Position numbers and translations under genes: made by a program
NCBI GenBank assembly: GCA_042852035.1
Contig: BAAFHK010000001.1
Span: 150,001-182,000, forward strand
DNA length: 32,000 nt
Source: Candidatus Saccharimonadota bacterium
GTDB lineage: Bacteria; Patescibacteriota; Gracilibacteria; BD1-5; UBA2023
Direction: 5' to 3'
The notes under the pieces: generated by a model
Told to the model about the DNA's origin: nothing
Seen by the model: the letters and a program-made list of their open reading frames with translations, nothing else
The model's database searches: none
Shown: in pieces, positions 22,043 through 32,000 of the stretch
Layout of the letters: each line of letters begins with the position of its first letter
How positions within the stretch are numbered: position 1 is the first letter of the stretch

Positions 22043-23599
22043 TTATTTCGTCCAATCCTTCTTTTTATTTACTTTTCCATGGGGGCGAGCATTAGGAGTT
22101 TTTATGGACTCTTTTTTCTTTTGTCCTCATTCCCATGATTTTTTTGGTCCAGAATATTGAGATTTGGGTGGACGAGGTTTTTCCCGTCTATGGGAGTTTC
22201 CAAGATTTCCACTCTCGAGATCCCAAGTTGGTTTTTCTTTTTCGGGGCGAACTCGCTCTGGGCGTTCCTTGCGAGGAGTATCCTTTCTTTCTTTATCCCA
22301 TTTTCGATGTCCATTTCCATCTTTCGGCGCGAATTTTCCACCCTCTTTTTTTTCGAAAACTTTCTTTGTCGGCTTGCTCCCTGTTTTTGAGAGAAATGCA
22401 GGTTCTGTAAGTCGAGTTGCAGGGTAGGGATGATTTTCTATGACGGGAATACTTTTTGCAATCAGCTGTTCGATATCTCGGAGCCAAGCTCGTTCCTCAA
22501 TATCACAAAATGATAGTGCTATTCCACGAGCTCAGGCTCGTCCCGTACGTCCGATACGATGAACATAGGTTTCAGAGATATTTGGAATTTCAAAATTGAT
22601 TACATGCTCGAGCTCATCGATATCGATTCCTCTTGCGGCAATATCGGTTGCGACTAATACCCGTGTGGTTTGTGCCTTGAAGTTTGCGAGCGCTTTTTGT
22701 CGAGCTGATTGAGCTTTATTTCCATGGATCGCTTCAGCTGGAATCTTGTTTTCGAGGAGGAGTTTTACAACTTTATTGGCTCCATGTTTTGTTCGAGTGA
22801 ATACAAGCGCCGTTTTGATCTCGTCTGTATTTAGGAGATCAAGAAGGAGTTTTGGTTTATTTGCTTTATCGACATGATATACTTTTTGAGCAATGATTTC
22901 TGCGGTCGAAGAGACAGGAGTAACGGTCACGCGAGCAGGTTTATAAAGTATTGAGTCAGAGAGTTTTACTATCTCTTTTGGCATTGTTGCCGAGAAAAAA
23001 AGTGTCTGGCGTCTCTCAGGAAGCATTGAGATAATTTTTCTTACATCGTGGATAAAGCCCATATCAAGCATGCGATCGGCTTCATCAAGTACGAATATTT
23101 CTATGTCAGTGAGCCGAACATGCCCCTGAGAAATGAGATCAAGAAGACGACCTGGGGTGGCGATAACGATATCTACTCACTCTCGCATGTTTGCGATTTG
23201 TCCACCCTGTCCGACTCATCCGAATATTACGGTCGAACGGAGTTTTGTATGACGACCATATGCATCAAAACTTTCTTTAATCTGACTTGCAAGCTCACGG
23301 GTAGGAGTGAGTATAAGGCAGCGGGTTCTGCGTTTTAGGATGAATGGCTTTTTTCCATCTTTTGTTATTCAGGATGCTTGTGATTCTGTTTGTTTTTCGG
23401 ATCATTTTGAAAGTCGTTGGATAATCGGGAGTGCAAATGCTGCCGTCTTTCCTGTTCCAGTCTGCGCGCATCCAAGGAGGTCAAATCCCCCAAGAATAAC
23501 AGGGATAGATTTTTCCTGGATAGGAGTAGGGTTTTTATATCCTTCTTCTTCAAGAGCTTTTAGGATTGGGGCTGAGAGTTGGAGTTCTGAGAAAAGCAT
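22043..23599 (-). CDS. DEAD-box ATP-dependent RNA helicase with basic K/R/E-rich C-terminal tail, 518 aa
   Basis: Q-motif region, [30 protein letters not shown], and HRIGRTGRA. Fragments are joined by the tga at 23402, 23218, 23179 and 22532. TAA at 22043-22045. Confidence 0.9.
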
Positions 23600-23837
23600 C
23601 GGTTTTAGGATTAAGAAAAAGAAATGAGGGCAAATGCCCTCAAAGGAATTGATGAAGAGATAGTACCTAGAAAACTGAAAAAAGCGAATCTGAATTTAGA
23701 AGATACGATGCATGCTTGAATACTACTACAATAATCTATGAAAGTTAAATAATTATGATATTACAATAAAAATTACAATGTCAATTGAATCTGAAATTCA
23801 AAAGATGATATAATAGATTTATGTATAAAATCAAATT

Positions 23838-24749
23838 ATGACTCAAAACCTCGCTCTCTCTATCAAAGGACTCTCAAAAACCTACCAAAATGGAAAAAAG
23901 GCACTCGATGATGTTGATTTTTCTATTCCGGTTTGAGGATTTGTAGCACTTCTCGGAGAGAATGGAGCATGAAAATCAACTCTCATAAATATTGTTTCTG
24001 GATTGATTCCAAAGACTCATGGTTCAATCCAAATCTTTGGAAAAGATATTGATAAATACCGAGAGGATTCCAAGCTTTCCATCGGCATTATGCCACAAGA
24101 AATCAATCTTTCTATTTTTGAGAAATGTATTGATATCGTCACAACTGTAGGAGGCTATTATGGTGTACCGCTTTCAGTTGCTCGACCTCGTGCCGAGCGT
24201 CTTCTCGATGCACTCTGACTTGGTGATAAAAAAGAATCCATGGCACGAACTCTCTCTGGGGGTATGAAACGTCGATTGATGCTTGCCCGAGCGCTGATTC
24301 ATGAGCCAAAACTTCTTATTCTTGATGAGCCAACTGCAGGGGTAGATGTTGCTCTGCGTCGTGGAATGTGGGAATATCTTCAAAATCTTCAGAAGGAGAC
24401 GGGTATGACTATACTTCTTACGACTCACTATCTCGAAGAAGTCGAGGCACTCTGTGATCATGTGACGATTCTTAATCAGGGTAAAGTCGTCTCATCAGAC
24501 TCTGTAAAAAATACCCTCAAGAAACTTGAGAGTGAAACATATCTTATAGAAATTGATGGTCAAAACTGTAAAGAAATACCTGGATTGGTCCAATTTCAGG
24601 ATCAAGTTTTGGAAGTGATAATTGATAAGAAGAATACCCTCTCTCATGTATTTGATATTCTTCGATCTCAGTCGATTGCCATCCTTTCTGTAAAGCCAAA
24701 AGAGAACCGGCTTGAAGCATTCTTTCTTACTAAAAATTCTGAATCCTAA
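23838..24749 (+). CDS. ABC transporter ATP-binding protein (ABC-2 exporter type), 303 aa
   Basis: Walker A is GENGA-G(tga 23970)-KST. Signature LSGGMKRR. Walker B LLILDEPT. H-loop TTHY. Confidence 0.9.
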
Positions 24750-25426
24750 TCCTTTATGTAGGGATTTTCATCGGTATCATCTTCTTTGTATATAGTCATT
24801 CAACGAATAATGAGGGTATTTCTCTCATTTTTTTTCTCGAGAATATAATAAATACGTATCCCACTTTCGAATGATAGAGACTGCCACTCATCTGATTCGG
24901 TTATGAGCACGTTTGGTCCTGAGCTAAAATCATGTTGTCGACTTATATCAACTTTTCAAAGAATTGATCCAGTAAAGAGTTCATCACCTATTTTTTGTCA
25001 AAAAGAATTTGTACCACGAAATCAAGGTCATACAAATATGCTTGAGAGGGGAATGTTTTTGCAGCTTGGATATTTTGATATAAAAGAATCTCTATTATTT
25101 TTGATGGTAGCAAGCTCATTTATTCATCCTACACTCTCACGACAAGCTTTTGGAATTTTAAAGAAAAAAACATACTGAAATTTTTCGTATCAGAGCTCAT
25201 AAGCGTATCAATAATCTCATGCAGAAACTCCAAGAGCACCACCTCAAACCTTATCCATAACTTCAAATAAATCACTCGCATAGAGGTGGATATCCTCCAA
25301 TCAAACTCAAGCCGTAAGTGTTCCATGAGAATATTTTGAGGGGACACTTCCTCACCAAATAAAAAAACTAGCACTACTAGCAATTATCAAAAGAAGAATT
25401 CATAGGATGATGAGCTGATATCTCAT
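24746..25426 (-). CDS. membrane-anchored hypothetical protein, 226 aa
   Basis: ATG 25424-25426. Anchor helix MRYQLIILGILLLIIASSASFFIW. About 17 tga codons. The TAG at 24746-24748 overlaps the stop of the ABC ATPase gene. Confidence 0.55.
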
Positions 25427-25501
25427 AGAAGAACTATTTATACGCTATTATAGATATTTTTTTCTTTTTCAAAATATATAAAGTTTCATATACTTGGGAC
25501 T

Positions 25502-26161
25502 ATGGCAGTCAGGATTAATCCATCTTGGTATAGGCTCCTAGAAGATGAGTTTCAGAAACCCTATTGGGATTCGTTAACCCATTTTGTAAAAGAGGAATAC
25601 ATTCATAATAACTGCTTTCCAGAAGGAAAAAATATCTTCAGAGCTTATGATTTGACTCCATTTGAAAGTGTAAAAGTCGTTATCTTGGGGCAAGATCCTT
25701 ACCATACCCCAGGTGCAGCTATGGGCCTCTCATTCTCTGTACCTGATGGATCAAAGCCCCAACCATCACTGCGAAATATATTTAAAGAAATTACGTCAGA
25801 TCTTGGTATTTCTCGAACCAAGACAGATCTCACTGACTGGGCAGAACAAGGAGTACTTCTTCTGAATGCTGTCCTTACCGTTCGTCAAGGTGAGCCAAAT
25901 TCACACCAATGAAAATGATGGGAAAACTTCACTGATGCAACGATTCATGCGCTTTCTGGAAAAGGGGAGAATATCGTTTTTATCCTTTGGGGCGCTTATG
26001 CAATAGCAAAAAAATCACTTATTGATACTACAAAACATCTTGTTCTTACTTCTCCGCATCCGAGTCCATTTTCAGCTGATCGATGATTTTTTGGATCAAA
26101 ACCATTTTCCAGGGCAAATGAATATCTTATTTCTTCTCATAAAACACCAATTCACTGGTAA
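25502..26161 (+). CDS. ung: uracil-DNA glycosylase (family 1), 219 aa
   Basis: GQDPYH, SLRNIF, HQ-G-K-G-WE (two tga codons on conserved Gly), and HPSPFSA. Confidence 0.92.
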
Positions 26162-26166
26162 ACATT

Positions 26167-26925
26167 ATGCAACTTATAGCCTTCTATACCATTATTCGTA
26201 AGGAACTTATTCGGATACTCCGAATCTGGCCACAGACCATCCTCCCACCTGTAATTACTCAAACCCTCTATTTTATAATTTTTTGAGGATTCATTGGATC
26301 TCGTATTGGTCAGGTTTGAGGAGGTGATTATATTGTCTTTCTTATCCCTGGAATCATACTCATGGCTGTTATTACCAATGCGTATGCGAATGTTTCGAGC
26401 TCATTTTTTGGTTCTAAATTCCAAAAATCAATCGAAGAACTCCTTGTTGCCCCCGTTCATCCTGCAACAATTATTGCTGGATACGTATTTGGAGGGATTC
26501 TCCGTTGAGGAATTATAGCGCTGATTATCTATGGGGTTTCTCTTTTTTTCTTTCCAAAAATGTTTGCCTCTCCATTTCTTGCATTTATAATATTTTTTCT
26601 GGTTGCGCTTTTCTTCTCGCTTTTAGGGCTCATAAACGCGCTCTACGCAAAGAATTTTGATCAGGTAAATATAATCCCAACATTTTTTCTTACGCCACTC
26701 ACGTATCTTGGGGGAGTCTTTTATCCGCTTTCGGCACTTACAGGAATTTGGCATACTTTTTCTCTCTGGAATCCTCTTGCATGGATGATTGACAGCTTCC
26801 GTTTTTCTTACACATGAAATTGATATTTAAATCCAGTTGGTACCATCATTATACTTGCTATACTCTGTATCATTTGTTTTTTTCTTGCAACATGGCTTCT
26901 GAAGCAAAAGAAGATAGTTGAATAG
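26167..26925 (+). CDS. ABC-2 type transporter permease, 252 aa
   Basis: Six hydrophobic segments. The N-terminal RKELIRILRIWPQT is typical of ABC-2 permeases. The tga codons are read through. TAG at 26923-26925. Confidence 0.8.
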
Positions 26926-28191
26926 TTACTGAGCACTGTCACTCCAATCTACCTTCCAAATTTCACCGTCCTTCCTGTATATGCCACTCACATCTGAGTA
27001 TGCAAGGATTTCTCATTCAGTAAGCCATTCAATTCGTTCGCTTCCTTCATAAATAAAGAGAATCACATTGTTGGTTTTTATAAAAATAACTCCCTTTGAT
27101 TTATAGATATCTAAACCATCGAGGGGAATATCTGGAAATGGAATAACCATTTTCCCATCATCTTTAAATAGTACCATAAAAGTATCATCCCCCTTTTTTC
27201 CTAGAGCTATAATATTCCCATCGAGGGTTGTGATATTTCTTATAGAATCAAGAGAGGTATCGATGAGGGGGACAGTTTTTCGGCTTTTATTCGAAAAAAG
27301 AGGGATAAGAAGTCACTCACTCGGTGTATACCAGGTATTATCCACTTCTATAAATAATGTATTCTGCCTTTCTTTGCTATTCAGTGCGAATTCCTTTCCA
27401 TTTGCGTAGAGTGTATTTTCTGAGAGAAGATATTTTTTTGTTACAGAAATTACTTTACCATAAAGATGACCATCACTCGAAAGAACTTCCTGATTTTCAT
27501 CACAAATAAGATAGGAAAACTCCACTCTCAGTGAGTCTCCACATTTTTTTATGAGGTTTATGCTTCCACTCCAAGATTTTTTCTCCCAGTCAGAGTTCTC
27601 ATATTTATAAAGAGAACTTCATGAGAGGAAAAATCCCTCTCAAATAAGTTTTCCTAGAGGTGGAATGCGAGTTCCAGTTGAGAAAAATTTATCATAGATG
27701 AGGTGTTTTTTTGCCTCAACAGCTATCCATGTTCATTCATCCTTTGGAGATATTTGGATTTCACCACTGGTAACTTTCGTGTACTTCGCTCGAGGCATCA
27801 GATGAATTTCGCTGATGAAATAAGGAGTTTTTTTTGTTATCTCAAAACGTACTCGATCCTGAATATATCCAGGCTTTCCTACTGAAAGTCGATATTTACC
27901 ATAGGGTACCATTCTTTTTTCATCGAATCAAAATGCTTCTCCATTGACTACCATATTTGATTCTCGAGGATAGGTTCTTACATTGATGATTCCAAAAGAT
28001 CGGATGAGTTCATCTTTTGATAGCTCCCTCATACCTCAGCTCGAGAATACTTGTCTCCAAGTAATATCAAGTGCTGGATAGTATCACTGAAAAAAGAAAT
28101 AGAGAAATGTTGCGAAAGAAAAGACGAGAAACCAAAAGATTCTCGAGGCACGACGTTTTCGGATGACTTCTTGTTCGTAGGATTCTAGCAT
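26926..28191 (-). CDS. membrane-anchored PEGA-like plus beta-rich domain protein, 421 aa
   Basis: ATG 28189-28191. TM helix IFWFLVFSFATFLYFFF. INVRTYPRESNMVVNGEAFGFDEKRMVPYGKYRLSVGKPGYIQDRVRF is PEGA-like. TAA at 26926-26928. Confidence 0.6.
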
Positions 28192-28192
28192 A

Positions 28193-29725
28193 TTATTTTC
28201 GTTTCATTTTTTGTGTGGTATCGAAGCTATCGATTCGATAGCCAAGGAAGAGTCTTATCTGACTTTCAATAGCGGGTATCGAGAATAAGGTAAGCGTAAG
28301 CACTGGCACAGCAGCCCATTGGAGTATATTAAAAATGTAATCATACCATCGGAACTTTGTAAATTTTCTCATAATATGGATTGAGAGAAAGCTCGGAAAA
28401 GCAATTGTTGCAAAAAGTATGGTAAATATAATCGAACTTGCAATTGGTACGGTGAATGCCGCAAGAGAGTGATCTATTGTTACAAAGATTCACGGAACAT
28501 ATCCTATGAAAAATAACATAAATGGTCCTCAAGCCCAAAAGAGGTGATTATAAATGAGGTATGTTGTTTTTCTTATTTTTTCAAATAATGAAATATGTTT
28601 CGCACTCTGAAATTTTGGAATCACATATTCAACATCAGTACATCACCAACTCCAACGCCTAAGTTGTTTATACTGGGATCGTACGGTTCGATAGATAGAG
28701 GTTTCATCAACAAGATCCATTTCGCATATTGCGGGAGTGTGAATAATCCTAAATTTTCCACCCCATCAAAAGTAGCTTCTCCAGTATTGCATTCCATCCT
28801 CTACTATAGAATATTTATCCCAATAATCAGCTTTCTGAAGACAAAGAAGCGATTGTCCATATACTGCAAAGTTTCTATAGAATTCTGGATTTTGGCTTTC
28901 AAAAAATTGCCACATAGTAGTTCAGGCTGCAATAATGCGAGCAAAAAATGTTCCTTCATGCCAATTGTTTGAGTAGATTGGTGTATATTGATATATCGCT
29001 CTATGTCTTTCATCTGTTGTAAGAAAGCGTTCTGTTACTATGGAAAAGAATCTCTTTTCTACTTTTGTATCAGTATCAATGCTAGAAACGAATGTGTTCT
29101 CGGGGTCGAGAGGGGAATAAGTGAATCAATCTGACTGAGTATGATGAATTCAGATATCTTGATTATAATCAGATCTCATACAAAGGCTCTCGTAGGATTT
29201 CATGGCATAGGTAATATTCGCTCATTTTACTTTTCCTTCTTGAGGAAGGCCGTCAGGATGTACAATGTTTATAATTCGGACTTTTGATCCAAGCTCTCGT
29301 ATGATCTTATTTGCATGAGTGTGAGCATTTGGTGCTCGCGCCTCAGTTGCAAGGAGTATTGTAAGGTTTTCTTTATATTGGTATATATTCTGGATTACAG
29401 AAAGTACCGCCTCCTCTATGACATCATAGGGTTCTGTGTATATGGGTACAATAATTATATGTTGAAGCTTCTTTCAATTTAGCTCAATAATTTTATTATT
29501 TTGAAAGTCTTTTTTCTCCATTTTCAGGAGCTTGATATAAGATTTTAATACATAAAAGTATCATTCGAAAACCTTAATACTCCAATACGATATATAAAGT
29601 GCGATAAAAAATAATCCTGTTTCATAATGGAGCTCCATAAGTAATAGAGGCAAGATAAAAATGCCAATTAATGAAAGAAATGGTATTTTTGGAAGCCAAA
29701 ATGAAAGGGTTGTGTATTTTTTCAC
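28193..29725 (-). CDS. processive family-2 glycosyltransferase (cellulose/chitin/hyaluronan-synthase-like), about 510 aa
   Basis: EGKVKGANITYA, DTD, IVEDGMQYW, and the QLRRW (QxxRW) motif, with flanking TM helices. TAA at 28193-28195, 1 nt before the next ATG. The start is uncertain: GTG 29723-29725 or ATG 29636-29638. Confidence 0.8.
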
Positions 29726-29732
29726 AGAATGT

Positions 29733-29759
29733 ATTATAAAGAAAGTTTTTCCTTTGCAA
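29733..29759 (-). promoter_or_regulatory. sigma70-like promoter of the GT2 operon
   Basis: On the minus strand: TTGCAA (29759-29754), 15-nt spacer, TATAAT (29738-29733). The -10 box ends 7 nt before the GTG at 29725. Confidence 0.4.
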
Positions 29760-29801
29760 GGTGAGAGTTGAATTCTCTTTGAAAAAATATAGTATCAGGG
29801 T

Positions 29802-30491
29802 ATGGATACTGAAATTTTTAAAAAATATTGATTTGAGTTGAGCTCTTTGGAAAAGGGGTTATTTGAAAAATACCTTCAAATTTTTCTTGAGTATAATAAT
29901 CATACCAATCTTTCAGCAATACGAGATGAACTGGGAATAATTGAGAAGCATTTTGTAGATTCCCTCTTTTGAGCTGAGGTGATTTCAGGTTATGTAACTA
30001 AAATTGCTGATGCAAATCACGAATGATATAATCCAAAATTGCTTGATATTGGATCTGGATGATGATTTCCTGGTATTCCTCTGAAGATAGTTATTCCAGA
30101 CCTTAAAGTAACACTTCTTGATTCCGTCTGAAAGAAAGTGAAAGCTATGAATTTCTTTATCGAACAATTGTGACTTGAAAATATTGACGCCGTTCAGGAA
30201 CGAGCGGAGGTTCTAGCAAAAGGCGGAAATCATAAAGAAAAATATGATTTTGTAGTGTCTCGAGCAACGGCATATATTACTGATATACTTGCATGGGCTC
30301 TTCCATTTCTTAAAGCAGATGGAAAAATCATTCTTTATAAGATGCCCAGCGAAGATGAGATGAATGATCTTAAAAAAATTCTAAAAAAATTTTCTCTTAT
30401 TCTTTCTTGAGAGCTTGATTATGCTGTAGCTGGCAAAGAAAGAATTATCCTCATTATACAAAGAGACCCCCATAGCGGGGGAGGGAGATAA
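29802..30491 (+). CDS. rsmG: 16S rRNA (guanine527-N7)-methyltransferase, 229 aa
   Basis: LLDIGSG-G-G-FPGIPLKI, where both central Gly are tga (30060-30065). The FVVSRA motif is present. Eight tga codons in total. TAA at 30489-30491. Confidence 0.9.
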
Positions 30492-30800
30492 TTTTTGGAT
30501 ATCTACGGAGCGTTCGCTCCATTCAATATCTCAAGAGCTACCTCGATTCGTCCTATATGTTTGAGCCTTTTCTAGGCCTGTTATAAGAAAGACGATTGCT
30601 CCGATGATGATGCCTGGCAGGAACCAACCCACGTGAACCCATAATGGAAATTCATCTGGATCAGGTTGGGTAATTCTCGCAAACATCACAAGCAAGAAGA
30701 TAAAAGCAGCAACAACCTCAAGAAGGAAGAACAACGCGAATGCTGTTCCCGATCCTGACCTGGATCTTATCCAAACAGGACTACCTCCCTTTTTTGCCAT
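30381..30800 (-). CDS. small two-TM membrane protein: 89 aa to the tga at 30531, 139 aa if that tga is read as Gly
   Basis: ATG 30798-30800. Two hydrophobic helices. The first TAA or TAG in frame is TAG 30381-30383. The 3' end is uncertain (see findings). Confidence 0.5.
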
Positions 30801-30871
30801 AAATTTTCCTCTTTCATAACTGATGGAGACATTTTTATTCTAATTAAATTTACAAAAAGTCAAAAATATAG

Positions 30872-30900
30872 TTGCAAATCATAAATTTATGTGATAATAT
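30872..30900 (+). promoter_or_regulatory. sigma70-like promoter with extended -10
   Basis: TTGCAA (30872-30877), 17-nt spacer including TG, TAATAT (30895-30900). Confidence 0.45.
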
Positions 30901-30932
30901 ATATTTACATTAATTTTCTAACACATACACAT

Positions 30933-31055
30933 ATGCAGAAACACTTTGCAGAGTTCGAGGCAAAACACAATATTCGCCCATATACTCTTGTTCTTCTTGG
31001 ATTATTCGCTGTAACGAATAATGCATTGGCTGCCGCCCAGCTCGTACAATTCTAA
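30933..31055 (+). CDS. 40-aa small hydrophobic-tailed protein
   Basis: MQKHFAEFEAKHNIRPYTLVLLGLFAVTNNALAAAQLVQF, bracketed by a promoter and a terminator. Confidence 0.4.
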   Translation: MQKHFAEFEAKHNIRPYTLVLLGLFAVTNNALAAAQLVQF

Positions 31056-31070
31056 CATCTTGATATTAAA

Positions 31071-31100
31071 AATCCCCTTGTAATAATAGGGGATTTTTTT
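31071..31100 (+). terminator. rho-independent terminator
   Basis: Stem aatcccct/aggggatt followed by a 7-T run. Confidence 0.65.
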
Positions 31101-31233
31101 GTTTGACACAGCTTATTATGTTATATTTTATATTTACTTATAAAACAAAAAATTTATATCGCAATATATATTTTGTGACTTGAAATTTACAATGTGCTAG
31201 TATTGAGGGGTATACATCCATACCAATACGCAT

Positions 31234-32000
31234 ATGCAAATCTGTTTTTCACCTCATAAATTCTTGAGGAAAGCAATATCTTCGGTACTCTTAGTTACTT
31301 TTTCAATCTCGTCCTTGCATCCAGTCTTTGCAGATTGAGAATGATTTCAATTTTATTCTACTGTCCTTAGGACGGCAGGAGTTATTGATAGGGACTATAT
31401 TTCAACAGCAGTAGCTACAAGCCGAATGGATGCGGTTCGTATAGCTGTTGGTATCTGATGATGGCCAAATGGATGTAGTGCTACTCCATCTCTTTCTTGT
31501 GATATTGAGTCAGTTGCACGATCAAGGGGACTGATTACAAGCGGACTTGAAAATATTAACCTCGGTCGCGTAATTAGGGCAAATGCTATCCGATTGGTTC
31601 TTCAGGCTCGAAAAATAAATCCATCTCAGAATCAGAGTTGATTTAAGGATGTGGATGGAAAACTTTCCAACTCGTATATAGGCTATATTGCAAAAGCTCG
31701 AGAGATAGGCTGTATTCAAACGGCTGAAAATTTTCGACCATTTGATCCAGTAACGGAAGGGGAGTATGCTAAGATGGCTGTATGCGCCATAGATGATAGT
31801 GAAAAGAATGGCACATTCAGCTCGGCACCAAATATAGCTCCTGCAACAAATCCAGTTGTATCATCACCTCAAAATGGAGCGGTCTATTATGTAGGATGAG
31901 GTTGAGGTTCTAGTACTACAATCATTAATAATGTTTATTCATCTTCAGGATTACTCCAAGATTTTACCTCTACTGGGGTAGCGAATTTTAATAATGTTAA
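31234..32000 (+). CDS. secreted SLH-domain-like surface protein, N-terminal part only (runs off window end)
   Basis: Signal peptide ...VLLVTFSISSLHPVFA. FKDVDGKLSNSYIGYIAKAREIGCIQTAENFRPFDPVTEGEYAKM fits the SLH pattern. A Gly-rich linker is partly encoded by tga. Confidence 0.65.

Noticed and set aside
22102-22487. A cluster of overlapping ORFs on both strands.
   Set aside because: All of them lie within the low-complexity K/R/E-rich C-terminal tail of the DEAD-box helicase, and only the helicase frame continues a recognisable protein.
23634-23744. 36-codon plus-strand ORF ([12 protein letters not shown]...) in the spacer between the helicase and the ABC genes.
   Set aside because: Its start lies inside the palindromic hairpin, and it has no promoter or conservation cues. 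It is more likely untranslated leader sequence.

Overview
This is a gene-dense, AT-rich bacterial chromosome segment with about 38 CDS on both strands. It is only coherent if TGA is read as glycine (translation table 25). The fragments in the ORF track for almost every recognisable gene are collinear, in frame, and separated by single tga codons. Those codons fall on invariant Gly positions: the ABC Walker A motif, the SAM-binding GxGxG motifs of RsmG and a methyltransferase, the TPP GDG motif of the oxidoreductase beta subunit, Ung and the PIF1-like helicase. This points to a Gracilibacteria (BD1-5) or Absconditabacteria (SR1) type Patescibacteria/CPR genome. I re-translated the window by hand with TGA=Gly, and all coordinates below come from that translation. 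Core genes are serS, ogt, ung, rsmG, a DEAD-box RNA helicase, a PIF1/RecD-like helicase, a 2-oxoacid:ferredoxin oxidoreductase (gamma-alpha fusion plus beta), a split ABC-2 exporter, a C26 glutamine amidotransferase, a SAM methyltransferase and a short PhnA/YjdM. Envelope genes are two lipoproteins, a PG-binding/SH3-like protein, a processive GT2 synthase with a PEGA-like partner, an SLH-domain protein, and SIMPL and DUF3298-like proteins. Two loci stand out. The first is a very low-GC islet right after serS, encoding a proteasome/HslV-like Ntn-hydrolase-type protein plus a coupled 39-codon ORF. The second is a 57-aa secreted peptide consisting of four nucleotide-identical heptapeptide repeats, divergent from a cytoplasmic orphan histidine kinase. 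I recognised no rRNA, tRNA, CRISPR array, transposase or integrase. Product calls are motif-based inferences, because no database search was possible.
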